A stretch of 63,970 bases of DNA, the filler included, from Octopus bimaculoides (taxonomy: Eukaryota): NCBI RefSeq assembly GCF_001194135.2. It is 6 parts of 5 records of this genome, joined end to end, with 100 filler letters (N's around TTAATTAATTAA, not from the genome) between each part and the next. Parts side by side here need not be neighbours in the genome. Positions count along the whole stretch, not along the records: positions 51,735 to 56,232 come from NC_068988.1; positions 56,333 to 59,809 come from NC_068987.1; positions 59,910 to 62,765 come from NC_068996.1; positions 62,866 to 63,970 come from NC_069008.1; 2 more parts are not named here. One strand, given 5' to 3'. The position numbers and the translations under genes are program-made. This document shows, piece by piece, positions 53,186 through 63,970 of this stretch; position 1 is the stretch's first letter; every line of letters starts with the position of its first letter. The notes under the pieces were generated by a model. The model worked only from the letters and a program-made list of their open reading frames with translations, searched no databases and had not been told where the DNA came from.

Positions 53186-53335
53186 TATTGGGTTGGTGCA
53201 TAATTATTGCGGCTGTTTTTCAAAATATTTCATTCAACAAAAACAACATTAAATGATTATTCCGGAGCATAGTCACCATCTACTTCAATTACTACTTCCC
53301 ATTTGCTAGACAGACGGTCAGGGTGATTGTGTCTT
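53186..53335 (-). mobile_element. Mariner 3' end fragment with TIR
   Basis: TA followed by TTGGGTTGGTGCATAATTATTGCGG (mariner-type TIR); the minus strand encodes RLSSKWEVVIEVDGDYAPE*. Confidence 0.7.
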
Positions 53336-53891
53336 TTAGCACTAGTGCGTCGATGGGATGGTCAGTAGTGAGTCGAGGCAGTTTGAAAGGTGTTTGAGAG
53401 TCAGCCTGAAGGGTGTGTGAATGGATATGCATATGTGTGTGTCTGTTGGCATGTGGATGGGTGCGTATTTGTTCCACTCTCTGTGTATCGTTCTGTCTCT
53501 CACTCTCACGCTTTCTGTATGTGTGTAGTGTGGATGTATGTGTGCGCTCTTATGTGTATGCGTTTGCGTGTGTGAACGCGTGTGCGCGCGTATGTACATA
53601 TGTATATGTATGTGTGTGCATGTACATGTGTTGTGTGTGTGTTGTGTGTGTGGAGGTATATCTGCGTTTGTGAGAGTATGCGCGTGTGTGTGCGTGTATG
53701 CACGTGCGTATATTTATGTGTGTGCATGTATCCGTGTGTTGCGTGTTTGTGTTGTGTGTATGGAGGTATATGTGCATTTATGTCAGTATACGTTCGTGCG
53801 TTCGTGCGTGCGTGCGTGTGTATATGTGTGTGTGCGTGTATATAGTGTGTGTATGTATGTGTGTAGATGTATGTGTATTGTGTTTGTGTAT

Positions 53892-53936
<45 letters not shown>

Positions 53937-54489
53937 TCTTATTATCTTTTATATATATATATATATATATACAGTTTTGAAGTGTAAAGGTGATTAAAAA
54001 AAAAACAATATTTTTTAAAGAACTGTTATGAAATCTTTTATCAGGATGTTATTAATCTTTTTTTTCCGGAAGAAGTTTCTTTTCTAGTGTGTGAGCGCTT
54101 TCGTTTAACCTTTTCAAACACGCATATATACATACATAAAATATGAGTAAAAAAAAAACGACTACTTTTAAATTTTAAAAGTTAAACTGTCTGGCGCATA
54201 GTATCATAATTAAATGAAAGAATTATTCAATATTATGGATTTAAATCATACATTATGTAAATTCTTTTGCTTATCAGTCATAATTAAAAGATGTAATAAG
54301 CAAAGAGTTGTATGGCAATCCATTGATTACCAACTTTATATACTTTACTTCATTATGAATTCTCTATTATCAGAAAGATATAGCATAATTCATTATATAT
54401 AGGCATAGGCATGATTGAGAAATTGTTTCGTGATCACACGGTTTCGTGTTCAGTTCCCCTGAGCAGCCATAAGCATGTGTTTTCTATTA

Positions 54490-54607
54490 TGTATGTATGT
54501 ATGTATGTATGTATGTATGTATGTATGTATGTATGTATCTATCTATCTATCTATCTATCTACCTATCTATTTATCTATATAAATATCTATCTATCTATCT
54601 ATCTATT

Positions 54608-54665
<58 letters not shown>

Positions 54666-54718
54666 CATACATACATACATACATACATACATACATACAT
54701 ACATACATACATACATAC
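54490..54718. repeat. Compound microsatellite arranged as an inverted repeat: (TATG)n(TATC)n / (GATA)n(CATA)n
   Basis: Read directly; arms of about 110 bp meet near 54607. Confidence 0.9.
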
Positions 54719-56332
54719 TGCCACTATTCGACTGTGCATACATTTTGTCCTGACCGAAAAGTTGAATGCATGTGATTTGATGTCAGAATCTAAGTAGAAG
54801 TAATTATACGGGATAGATATCTTTTTCGACACCTTACTATTTCTGCGAATCTACATTCTTCGAAATATTATTAGTGCCAGTTTGGAACATTTAAGAATAA
54901 TGGAAGAACTATTCCATTGGTGTTAAGTGACCGAAGACTTACCATGAAGGCATGAAACGGTAGAGCAAATGTAGCAGAAACATTTTATAGTATCTGAGTA
55001 AATGGAATGTCAGGTGGTTTGTAATGCAGTCCTAATTTGTAACCTATTTACCTGTCAATAGATGGAGCGATGATTTGACCTTTGTCAGTAGATTTGATGT
55101 GACCTCCCGCCATCTTTGTCTCATAACTTGTACCTGTAAGGTCTATTATCAATTATATGACGCATTATGCAGTAAGGCGTATTCATAAAGATAAATTTGG
55201 CCATGGCGTCGATGTAGGAACGATGAAAGTAGAGAGGTAAATGAAGGTAAAAATTATGGAAAAGTATGAAAATGTAGAGACAAAGTAAATAAATTATGTA
55301 TAAAAACAAAACAAAGAAATATAGAATTTCGAAGAAGCATTTGAATGTAAGAACTGAGCAAATGGAATGAAATGAAATAAATAAAACTAAGACAGATGAG
55401 AGTGGAAGAAGAAAAGAGAGGTATTCAGAGAAGAGAAATTTGATGAGAGTAGATTAACAAACATATGCATAAAGACACATTTAGAGGGTTAACTGCATTA
55501 AATATTCTGTAAGACAGTCTCGTGTCAGACACCATTTCTCCACTGGAAAGAAACGAAGAATTTGCAGAACAGTATTTAACAAGCGATAATAATGAATCAC
55601 TGAAAACACACATATGCATGCGCGCACACACAGAGATTCACACAGACACATTGACACACATATGTACATAGATATGTATGGATATATATGTTTGCGAGAG
55701 AGACAAAGAGCGAGGTGACGGATAGCGGGAGAGAGGGAGAGGGTGAGAGAAAAATATTGATACTATTAAGTTGACTGAGTGCTAAAAATGTACAGAGGTA
55801 GATTTCTAAATTGTAGTAATAAGTAGGGCGTTGATAAGAATTTAGGAAATGATAGAGAGGGAATGGACTTACTCTTGACTGGTTAAAATGAAAACACGGT
55901 GAGAATCTATGCAATCTGTTCCGCTGAACACATTCTACGTCTGTACAGGATATCAAGGAATTCTTGCGTTAACGAAGCAGAGAAGCAAAGGAATTATCGA
56001 TTTAGTATTGAAACGTATGAAATAAAATAAAACAAAACAAAAGAACATATATATAAATCTAAAGATCTGAAATTTCAACATTTCGTAAATCTAATAGCGT
56101 GTAATTTATCACCGTTGCTTTTAATGTAAAATCCAAGAACAGAAGGAAATCTTTTGAAAGATGAATTAACACCTAATGGAATGATCATAAACGAGTTGGA
56201 TTAATACTATGATGAGCTTCATATAATATTTTNNNNNNNNNNNNNNNNNNNNNNNNNNNNNNNNNNNNNNNNNNNNTTAATTAATTAANNNNNNNNNNNN
56301 NNNNNNNNNNNNNNNNNNNNNNNNNNNNNNNN

Positions 56333-56482
56333 ACAGGAAAAATAATCCAGAATCCTTGTCCGGTACCACTGGATGGATTCGGATGAAACTTTCAGGGATG
56401 CTTGGCCTCATGACTGGCACAAATTGATTAGATTTTGGAATCGATCTGTTACTGGACAAGGATTCTGGATTATTTTTCCTGT
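56333..56482. repeat. Foldback element with 35-bp inverted arms
   Basis: 56333-56367 ACAGGAAAAATAATCCAGAATCCTTGTCCGGTACC versus the reverse complement of 56448-56482 (2 mismatches), 80-bp spacer. Confidence 0.85.
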
Positions 56483-56634
56483 TTTTTACTTAATTTTTAG
56501 AGCAGTCGGGTTCGTTTTTTAGTATTCTAGTTTGTAAGAGCAGTCGAGTTTATTTCAGATATTTTCATTTTAAAAATCATCTCTGGCTAATTGTTGAGAG
56601 GACGAAGGTGTTACCTTGTTGTTGTTGTTATTAT

Positions 56635-57625
56635 TTGTTGCTCTTTGTTGGTTCTAACTCCTTTATAGCATTCTGTAGGTCAAGCTTAATGTTGGATATT
56701 TCTTTCATTTTCCCTCTGATAAAAGTAGCTTTTGCACATTTATCTAGGCCAAATTTCATCCTGATGTCATCACTGAACTGTTTTACAATTGTTAGTAAGC
56801 TCTGTAGTTGTTGGTCATTTTTTTGTAAAGAGCTTTAAATCATCCATGTGAAAGAGATGATTTATATTTTTATCAAAAATTTTATAGCCATATTGTACAT
56901 CATCGAGCAATTTCAAAAGAGGTATTAAGGCTAGACAAAAGAAAAGTGGTGATAGAGAATCATCCTGGAAAATGCCACATGAAATTCTTCCATCTTCAGC
57001 AGTCAAAGATTTATTCTCACTATTCAAAGTCAGTGTAGTTTTCCATGATCTCATACTTACAGATAAGAAGTTTCACAGAATAGGTGCTATTTTATAAATT
57101 TTCAAGCATTTTTCAATCCATCCATGTGGTAGACTATCAAAAGCGTTTTTTATAGTCTATCCAAGCTATTGATTAATTCTTATATTGTTTGTGACAATCT
57201 TCCAAAATCATATTATTCATGAGTGACTGATCTTTACAACCCACGTTTACATCTTTTTGTTCATTCACTTTCTATTAAAATGTTGTAAGTGTATTCAGTC
57301 ATGACAGATGTATTTTATACATTATGTTTAAGCAGGTTATGGGTCTATAATTTTTTGGTTCATTTGTTTCTTCATTTTTTTGGAAGTAGAAATGTAACAC
57401 CATTAACTAACTAATCAAGAAGGAGTCATAATTAAGTTACTGCAAAACATTGCTGTAAAGTCTTGTCAGCAATTCATGACTCTCTGAGAAAGCATTCAAC
57501 CAAAAGTTAAATTGCAAACTTTAATTGCATGGAACATGAGGTAGTGTTGAAAATCTATCATTGAAATTCATTTCAATCATATTATTTATGAGTAACTGAT
57601 CTTTACAACCATAGAACCCACTACT
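56635..57625 (-). mobile_element. R4/Dong-like LINE RT fragment
   Basis: KNYRPITCL, CKDQSLMNNMILE, AWIDYKKAFDSLPHGWIEKCL, RISCGIFQDDSLSPLFFCLALIPL, INHLFHMDDLKLFTK, IRMKFGLDKCAK. A second decayed copy of the GCKDQLLINNM segment lies at about 57520-57625. Confidence 0.85.
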
Positions 57626-59423
57626 ATATACTACTATACAAATGAGAAGAAAATATCTACTAGCAATGAAAAGAAAATATCTACTATATAAATGAGATTG
57701 CATGGGGTTAAATATGTGTATTTAGCCCTGAAATGGTGTGTCCTTGAGACAAAATGAATTTGATTTTTGAAATAGTCATTCCAAAGAGAAGGTTGTCCAT
57801 AAATAATCATCAAAATATAATTTGCTAAGGGAAATTACTCAACTTTCAGATCATCAAATCTCCCACTCTCTGTCTGTCACCATCATGCTCTCTTTCTTTT
57901 ATGCCTTCCCTCTCTCTCTATATATTTACCACACTCTTTATCACTCTCTCGATGTATATGTATTATCTCTTATGCGAGCTGTCCCTCCCACTCTCTCTTC
58001 CTATAATGCAATTGCATTCATTTTGTTTAAAGCTTCATCTTGTAATGTTTATTTCCATTTTATGATACACTGCTATTATGCACAAAATGCTAGTTTCTAA
58101 ATTTGGTTTAAATTGAGTAAAAATAATCAAACCTCTACAACATCTTTCTAAAATTTTTCTGGAATAAATGAATCACAAAATCGGATTCAGAATCAAAATA
58201 TACCAAATTCAAAAGTTTTCACAAATTTCAAAATCTGTGACAGCAACAGAAAAGATCTATTTGTCTCTTTCATTTTTTCACTTTTGTAAATGTTACCCCT
58301 TTCAATATATATTTATCACACTATCCCCCTCTCTCTGTAAACATATATATATATCACTCATGCTGAGTGTTTGTATGTGTGAGTGTGTGTATGCATTTGT
58401 GTAAGGAATTTCATTTGGGTTATAGAGTTAAAAAAGGTATATAAAAAAACAATTTGTTTTCACAGCATATGTTGCTGTTAGTATGTTTTTCTTACATACA
58501 TACACACACAGACGCATACACACATACATGCACACACATACACACACATGCATATACACACACATACACACAGAGAATTGCTTGGTGTGGGGTGGGGCTT
58601 AAAAATTTAAATTACAAAATTTTGTTGTTGTTGCTTAAATTCCAGCAATGGACCACTCTTGACCTAAACGAAACTTACATCCAAATCATCATTCCACAAA
58701 ATGTGTCTATGGGGAGAAAAATATTGAAAAATATCAATACATGTCAGAGTGACAAAGAAACTAGGAAGGTATCAGGTGGTCGTGGGATGTGCTAGAAATA
58801 ACAGATAAATCCCTCTTAAATCGCACACTTTAATTAATTCGAAATTATAAGCAGAAACAAATTGTAGATTTGGACACTCCATATTTTAAAACTATGATTT
58901 TAAAAAATTTTTTAATAAGCTGGAATTTTAGGATTTATGAGTAAGTTAATGGAAAAATAATCAAAACTTCATTATTGTTTTAAAATTATGTTCCATTTTC
59001 TGTCTGAAAACAAAGGATGAGGGGATTGTAAGGGTGGTCAATCTTCAAAAACTTTCTCTCTTTTTAACTGACAAGGCTTCTCCCATCATTTTAAAGTACG
59101 TAATGCAAAAATATTGGCCCAGATCGGTACTGAGTGGGGAGAGGGGGTTGAAGAACATAAAGTTTTGATTTATTTTTTTTACCAAAAAGAGACATCTCCC
59201 ATTGTTTTTAAATGCACAGTACCAAAATTTTTTTTTAAATTATAAATTGGACATAATCTGTTTGGAAGGGTGTGGTGAGAACAAAATTTGAAAAATCCCT
59301 GTCAAAATAGAAAATCCAACCCATGAGGGTGTGCAATTCCCAAAGTCCACCAAGACATTCTATTGTGAAAATTTCCCAGCAATGACAGGATACACTGCTA
59401 GTATATGTGTGTGCATATATATA

Positions 59424-59809
59424 TATATATGGTGACACTCTGTCAGTTGTGATGACAAGGGTTCCAGTTGATCCTATCAACGGAACAGCCTACTCGTGAA
59501 ATTACCATGCAAGTGGCTGAGTGCTCCACAGACACATGTACCTTTAATGTAATTCATAGGGAGATTCAGCATGACACAGAGTGTGACAAGGCTGGCCCTT
59601 TGAAATACAGGTACAACGGAAACGGGAAGAAAGAATGAGAGAAAATTGTTGTGAAAGAATACAGCAGGGTTCACCCCACCCCCACCCCCGCCAGAGCCTT
59701 GTGGAGCTTTAGGTGTTTTTGCTCAATAAACATTCACAACGCCTGGTCTGGAAATCGAAACCGCAATCCTACGACTGCGAGTCTGCTGCCCTAACCACCG
59801 GGCCATTGT
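59424..59809 (-). mobile_element. tRNA-derived SINE, homologous to 5273-5654
   Basis: GGGTTCCAGTTGATCC..ACAGCCT.CTCGTGAAATT..GGTCTGGAAATCGAAACC..CCCTAACCACCGGGCCATTG; head cut by a gap. Confidence 0.85.
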
Positions 59810-59940
59810 NNNNNNNNNNNNNNNNNNNNNNNNNNNNNNNNNNNNNNNNNNNNTTAATTAATTAANNNNNNNNNNNNNNNNNNNNNNNNNNNNNNNNNNN
59901 NNNNNNNNNATATATTACTCTGTGTGTGTGTGTGTGTGTG

Positions 59941-59981
<41 letters not shown>

Positions 59982-60772
59982 ATGTGTATGCACTTACACT
60001 AGAATGAGGATGCCGGTGTTGAACATCAGTCTTTCTTCTCCACAGTTCACTGAGGCAAAGTGAACATTTAAGTGTATCATAGATAATATTGATTTGTTAC
60101 ATAAGTGCAATAACTTAGATTTGCAGGAGAAGAAACTAAATGATATCCTGTGATATTATTGCATTTCTGTTGGTCATGATTAAGATAAGAGAATTGGAAT
60201 TTCTGTGTCCGGAAACCGAAATCAAATTAAGTTGTGTCCTCAGGGACCTACATCTACTCTACGGCACGCTTCAGTATCGTATTGACAATAATGTTATTGA
60301 AATTAATTACAGCTTGCTTAAACTGTAGGCCAATCTCATAGCCAGCTGTCGATATGAACCTTTTGTAATCGTAGCAACTTCCCAGGTTTTACATATTTCT
60401 GTCGTCTCGAAGCAGTATGTTGCTATTTATTGTTGATATCGTTGTTATTGTTATTATTGTTGTCGTCCTCGTCGCTGTTGTTGTTGGTACTGCTGCTGCT
60501 GCTGTAATCATTACTTGGTATTGGTGTTGTTTTTGCCCCGGGTCATCATTGGTGGAGGAAACATATGACTAAGGGCATTCAAGCTGTGACCAACCTGTCT
60601 TTTATATCAGAGACAACACCAACCAATGTGGCCCCTTCTCATTCGAATAAACATAGGGCATATTTGAGAATGATTTAACGCTATATATTCTGTTCCTCAA
60701 TTTTTCGGCAGCTTAGAAGTTAAAAACTCGAAGCACTGTTTGCCACCCCAGCCCCACGGATCCCGGCGTGCG

Positions 60773-60820
<48 letters not shown>

Positions 60821-60949
60821 TATACATGTGCACATAAATACAACGATTGATCAATACAAATCCCAACTTGGAGCTTGTCGTGGCTCCAATACAAATGCTA
60901 GCCTCGATCTTAGCGCCAATAAGACCACCACAAGCTGAAATAGGATCAA

Positions 60950-61240
60950 GGTTGGAAAGAATAGGTATACCACATCGACCGTCGCTCGAGAAAAAAAGAC
61001 AGACGTATTCAGATGTTATGTAGAGGAGACTGTTTGAAAAATATGTTTCAGTCTTTCACTCAATATTGGTACAACCGACGATAAGTCTGCAACTTGTTCT
61101 GGGAGTCATGGGCGGCAGCAAAAGACATAAATATTCCAGGACACTGAAGCGAGTTCAGGATGGATCAGCTGTTAGTGATTGGGATTGGGAATGTCATAAC
61201 TCTTACGATTAACGAAAAGGAACTAGTGGAAGAGGCCAAA
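60950..61240 (+). mobile_element. Possible highly decayed CR1/L2-like LINE RT C-terminal fragment
   Basis: SILVQPTI..KRVQ resembles the LVRPxLEY..LERVQ segment; weak. Confidence 0.3.
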
Positions 61241-61610
61241 CGCATCAAATTATATATATATATATAGTCGGTGTCTCCTCTAAAAGGTTCCATGGTTCTA
61301 GTAATGTAAATATGGATGGATTGTAAAAAGTCCACTATTCAGGTGAAGCGCTAACTCTGACTACACAGGTAAAAGTGTGAACGCAAGACCCAGGCTGTCA
61401 GATTGTATGGAGTGAACCCCAATGTATGGGGGATTTGCTCCAAAGCATTCGTTACGTAGAATTGTACGTTTTTGGTATATTCTAGGGTATCTGACAAGTC
61501 ATAAATCCCCTTCGTGTATTACAATCAAACGAATAATAACAGACGATAATTGTCAGTTCATTACAGCTGTAATAAGCTGACTTATCCATCGTCTATTATT
61601 ATTCATTTGA

Positions 61611-61646
<36 letters not shown>

Positions 61647-62643
61647 NNNNNNNNNNNNNNNNNNNNNNNNNNNNNNNNNNNNNNNNNNNNNNNNNNNNNN
61701 NNNNNNNNNNNNNNNNNNNNNNNNNNNNNNNNNNNNNNNNNNNNNNNNNNNNNNNNNNNNNNNNNNNNNNNNNNNNNNNNNNNNNNNNNNNNNNNNNNNN
61801 NNNNNNNNNNNNNNNNNNNNNNNNNNNNNNNNNNNNNNNNNNNNNNNNNNNNNNNNNNNNNNNNNNNNNNNNNNNNNNNNNNNNNNNNNNNNNNNNNNNN
61901 NNNNNNNNNNNNNNNNNNNNNNNNNNNNNNNNNNNNNNNNNNNNNNNNNNNNNNNNNNNNNNNNNNNNNNNNNNNNNNNNNNNNNNNNNNNNNNNNNNNN
62001 NNNNNNNNNNNNNNNNNNNNNNNNNNNNNNNNNNNNNNNNNNNNNNNNNNNNNNNNNNNNNNNNNNNNNNNNNNNNNNNNNNNNNNNNNNNNNNNNNNNN
62101 NNNNNNNNNNNNNNNNNNNNNNNNNNNNNNNNNNNNNNNNNNNNNNNNNNNNNNNNNNNNNNNNNNNNNNNNNNNNNNNNNNNNNNNNNNNNNNNNNNNN
62201 NNNNNNNNNNNNNNNNNNNNNNNNNNNNNNNNNNNNNNNNNNNNNNNNNNNNNNNNNNNNNNNNNNNNNNNNNNNNNNNNNNNNNNNNNNNNATATATAA
62301 AGGAAAGAGTAAAAAGGAATGAATAGAGTCAAAAGGAAGACGGAGTAAGATTCGACAGCCGTTTGATAACCCACAACACATGTTTCGATACAACATAGAG
62401 CCACATATATACAGGATTTAAATTCGAATTAGGAAACGGTTTACCTGTATAATAGTTTGTATCTCCCCAGGTAATATAAAATCGCTGTTTCCGTAAGTAA
62501 ATGTCTGATTTCGATGCTATCACATCCAAGTGGCTCCTTTGAATCTAGCAGACGCTGACAGTTTCAATTACATAATGCTGGGTAATTCTAAGGATGAACT
62601 TGGTCTATTTTGTACTCGAATGCGTTCTTAACGGAATACACCT

Positions 62644-62704
<61 letters not shown>

Positions 62705-63970
62705 ACACACACACTGACATACACACACACATATATATATATATAGATATATACATACACACACANNNNNNNNNNNNNNNNNNNNNNNNNNNNNNNNNNN
62801 NNNNNNNNNTTAATTAATTAANNNNNNNNNNNNNNNNNNNNNNNNNNNNNNNNNNNNNNNNNNNNATGGGCAAGAGGACAAAGCCGGCAGGAACTGAGGC
62901 CAGTCCTGAAGTCCCATGGCGGTCACAGAGGGAGCGGTGGCCCTCCTCACTGGTTGGCTGATTACGAGACAAGTTAAGGCGTGTGGGCAGGTTGGTTGAA
63001 TGATCTTCAGATCAGGGGGGGGGGCGTGTGGTGTTATGATTTAGGCTGTGTTGTAGGGAAGGACCAGAAGTTAGGGAGTAGGCATGTCCTGTCGGAAGTG
63101 GAGACTGTGGGTCCCACCGGAAGGGCCGCGGAGGGCATGCGGTTTCAGTGAAGCGTCACAGAAATTTTCCCACGAGCGTATCTGTCATGAACTCATTTGC
63201 ATACAGCCAATCAGAACTCAACTATCAAACTAATTTATGAGCGATGAGATATGGTCACTTGTGTAAGGAATGACCATAAGGGGAGAGGATTGCTAGCACA
63301 TCACCCTTTACCCACATTTTTCCCATCCACATCTTTACCATATGGGGCCTTAACAGAATCCGATATTACCTGTCTCATTCAGGCATAGCTTGACAATCGG
63401 TCGACTTACAACACCGTTCGTCGTCTTGAGTTTACTTGGTAGAGTGCGTTTGTTAACTTGACAACACGGTCAAGGTGAGCTCTTTTTGGCCGTATGCAAA
63501 TGAGGTCATTGCTGGGGTCCGGATCTATCGCGAGAAGAAAACTTTCGCGTCCCGCCATCCCTGGTTAGCGCAATCCTTTAATGCGCATGCTCAACCGGAT
63601 ATTCATTAACAGTATCTGATAATGAATGACAGCTAAAGTTATCGTTTTTTTGAATCTCATCGAAATGATATTCGCAGATGATAATATAACGGAAAACAAG
63701 TTGTATGTCATTGAATCCATATAGATATACATACATTACAGTAATTCTTGTGTTATACACTCTCGTTTATTTCCTAATTATAACTACTACCATTCTTTCG
63801 CCTAACCGTGATATACACGAGGTAATCTTTTTGTTATTAACGATGTTTTTCTCATTCAATCCTGTGTTCTTTGTTCCTTAATGAATTTAATGTTTCTTGT
63901 CTTTTTTCTTTTGTTTGTATGACTTGTCATGAAATTCGTGACATTTCCTGAAAACGAGTCAACTAGAAAC

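Overview
AT-rich, microsatellite-dense, gap-ridden eukaryotic DNA. The repeat landscape (tRNA-derived SINEs; (AAT)n, (GAA)n, (TATC)n and (CA)n tracts) resembles octopus genomes; this species call is an inference. No intact gene can be supported, and most ORF-track entries are microsatellite or N-gap artefacts. The recognisable content is decayed mobile DNA. It includes a CR1/L2-type LINE lacking its RT core, three R4/Dong-like LINE pieces, two Tx1/L1-clade 3' ends, an APE-only RTE-like 5' piece and two Penelope-like pieces. There are also Tc1, mariner and Chapaev3-like transposase remnants, a 174-bp solo LTR inside the Tc1, and many SINEs. The most interesting signals are: (1) a tRNA-headed short element carrying a near-canonical minimal hammerhead ribozyme fold at 3972-4017, with a second degenerate hammerhead at about 45.1 kb; (2) a 3' tail shared between a SINE family and a Tx1-like LINE; (3) repeated stacking of different retroelements on (AAT)n tracts; (4) a 24-bp inverted pair of octamer motifs at 63.2-63.5 kb. 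A few candidate host exons are given at low confidence. All family assignments come from manual translation and motif recognition, not database searches; most boundaries are approximate.
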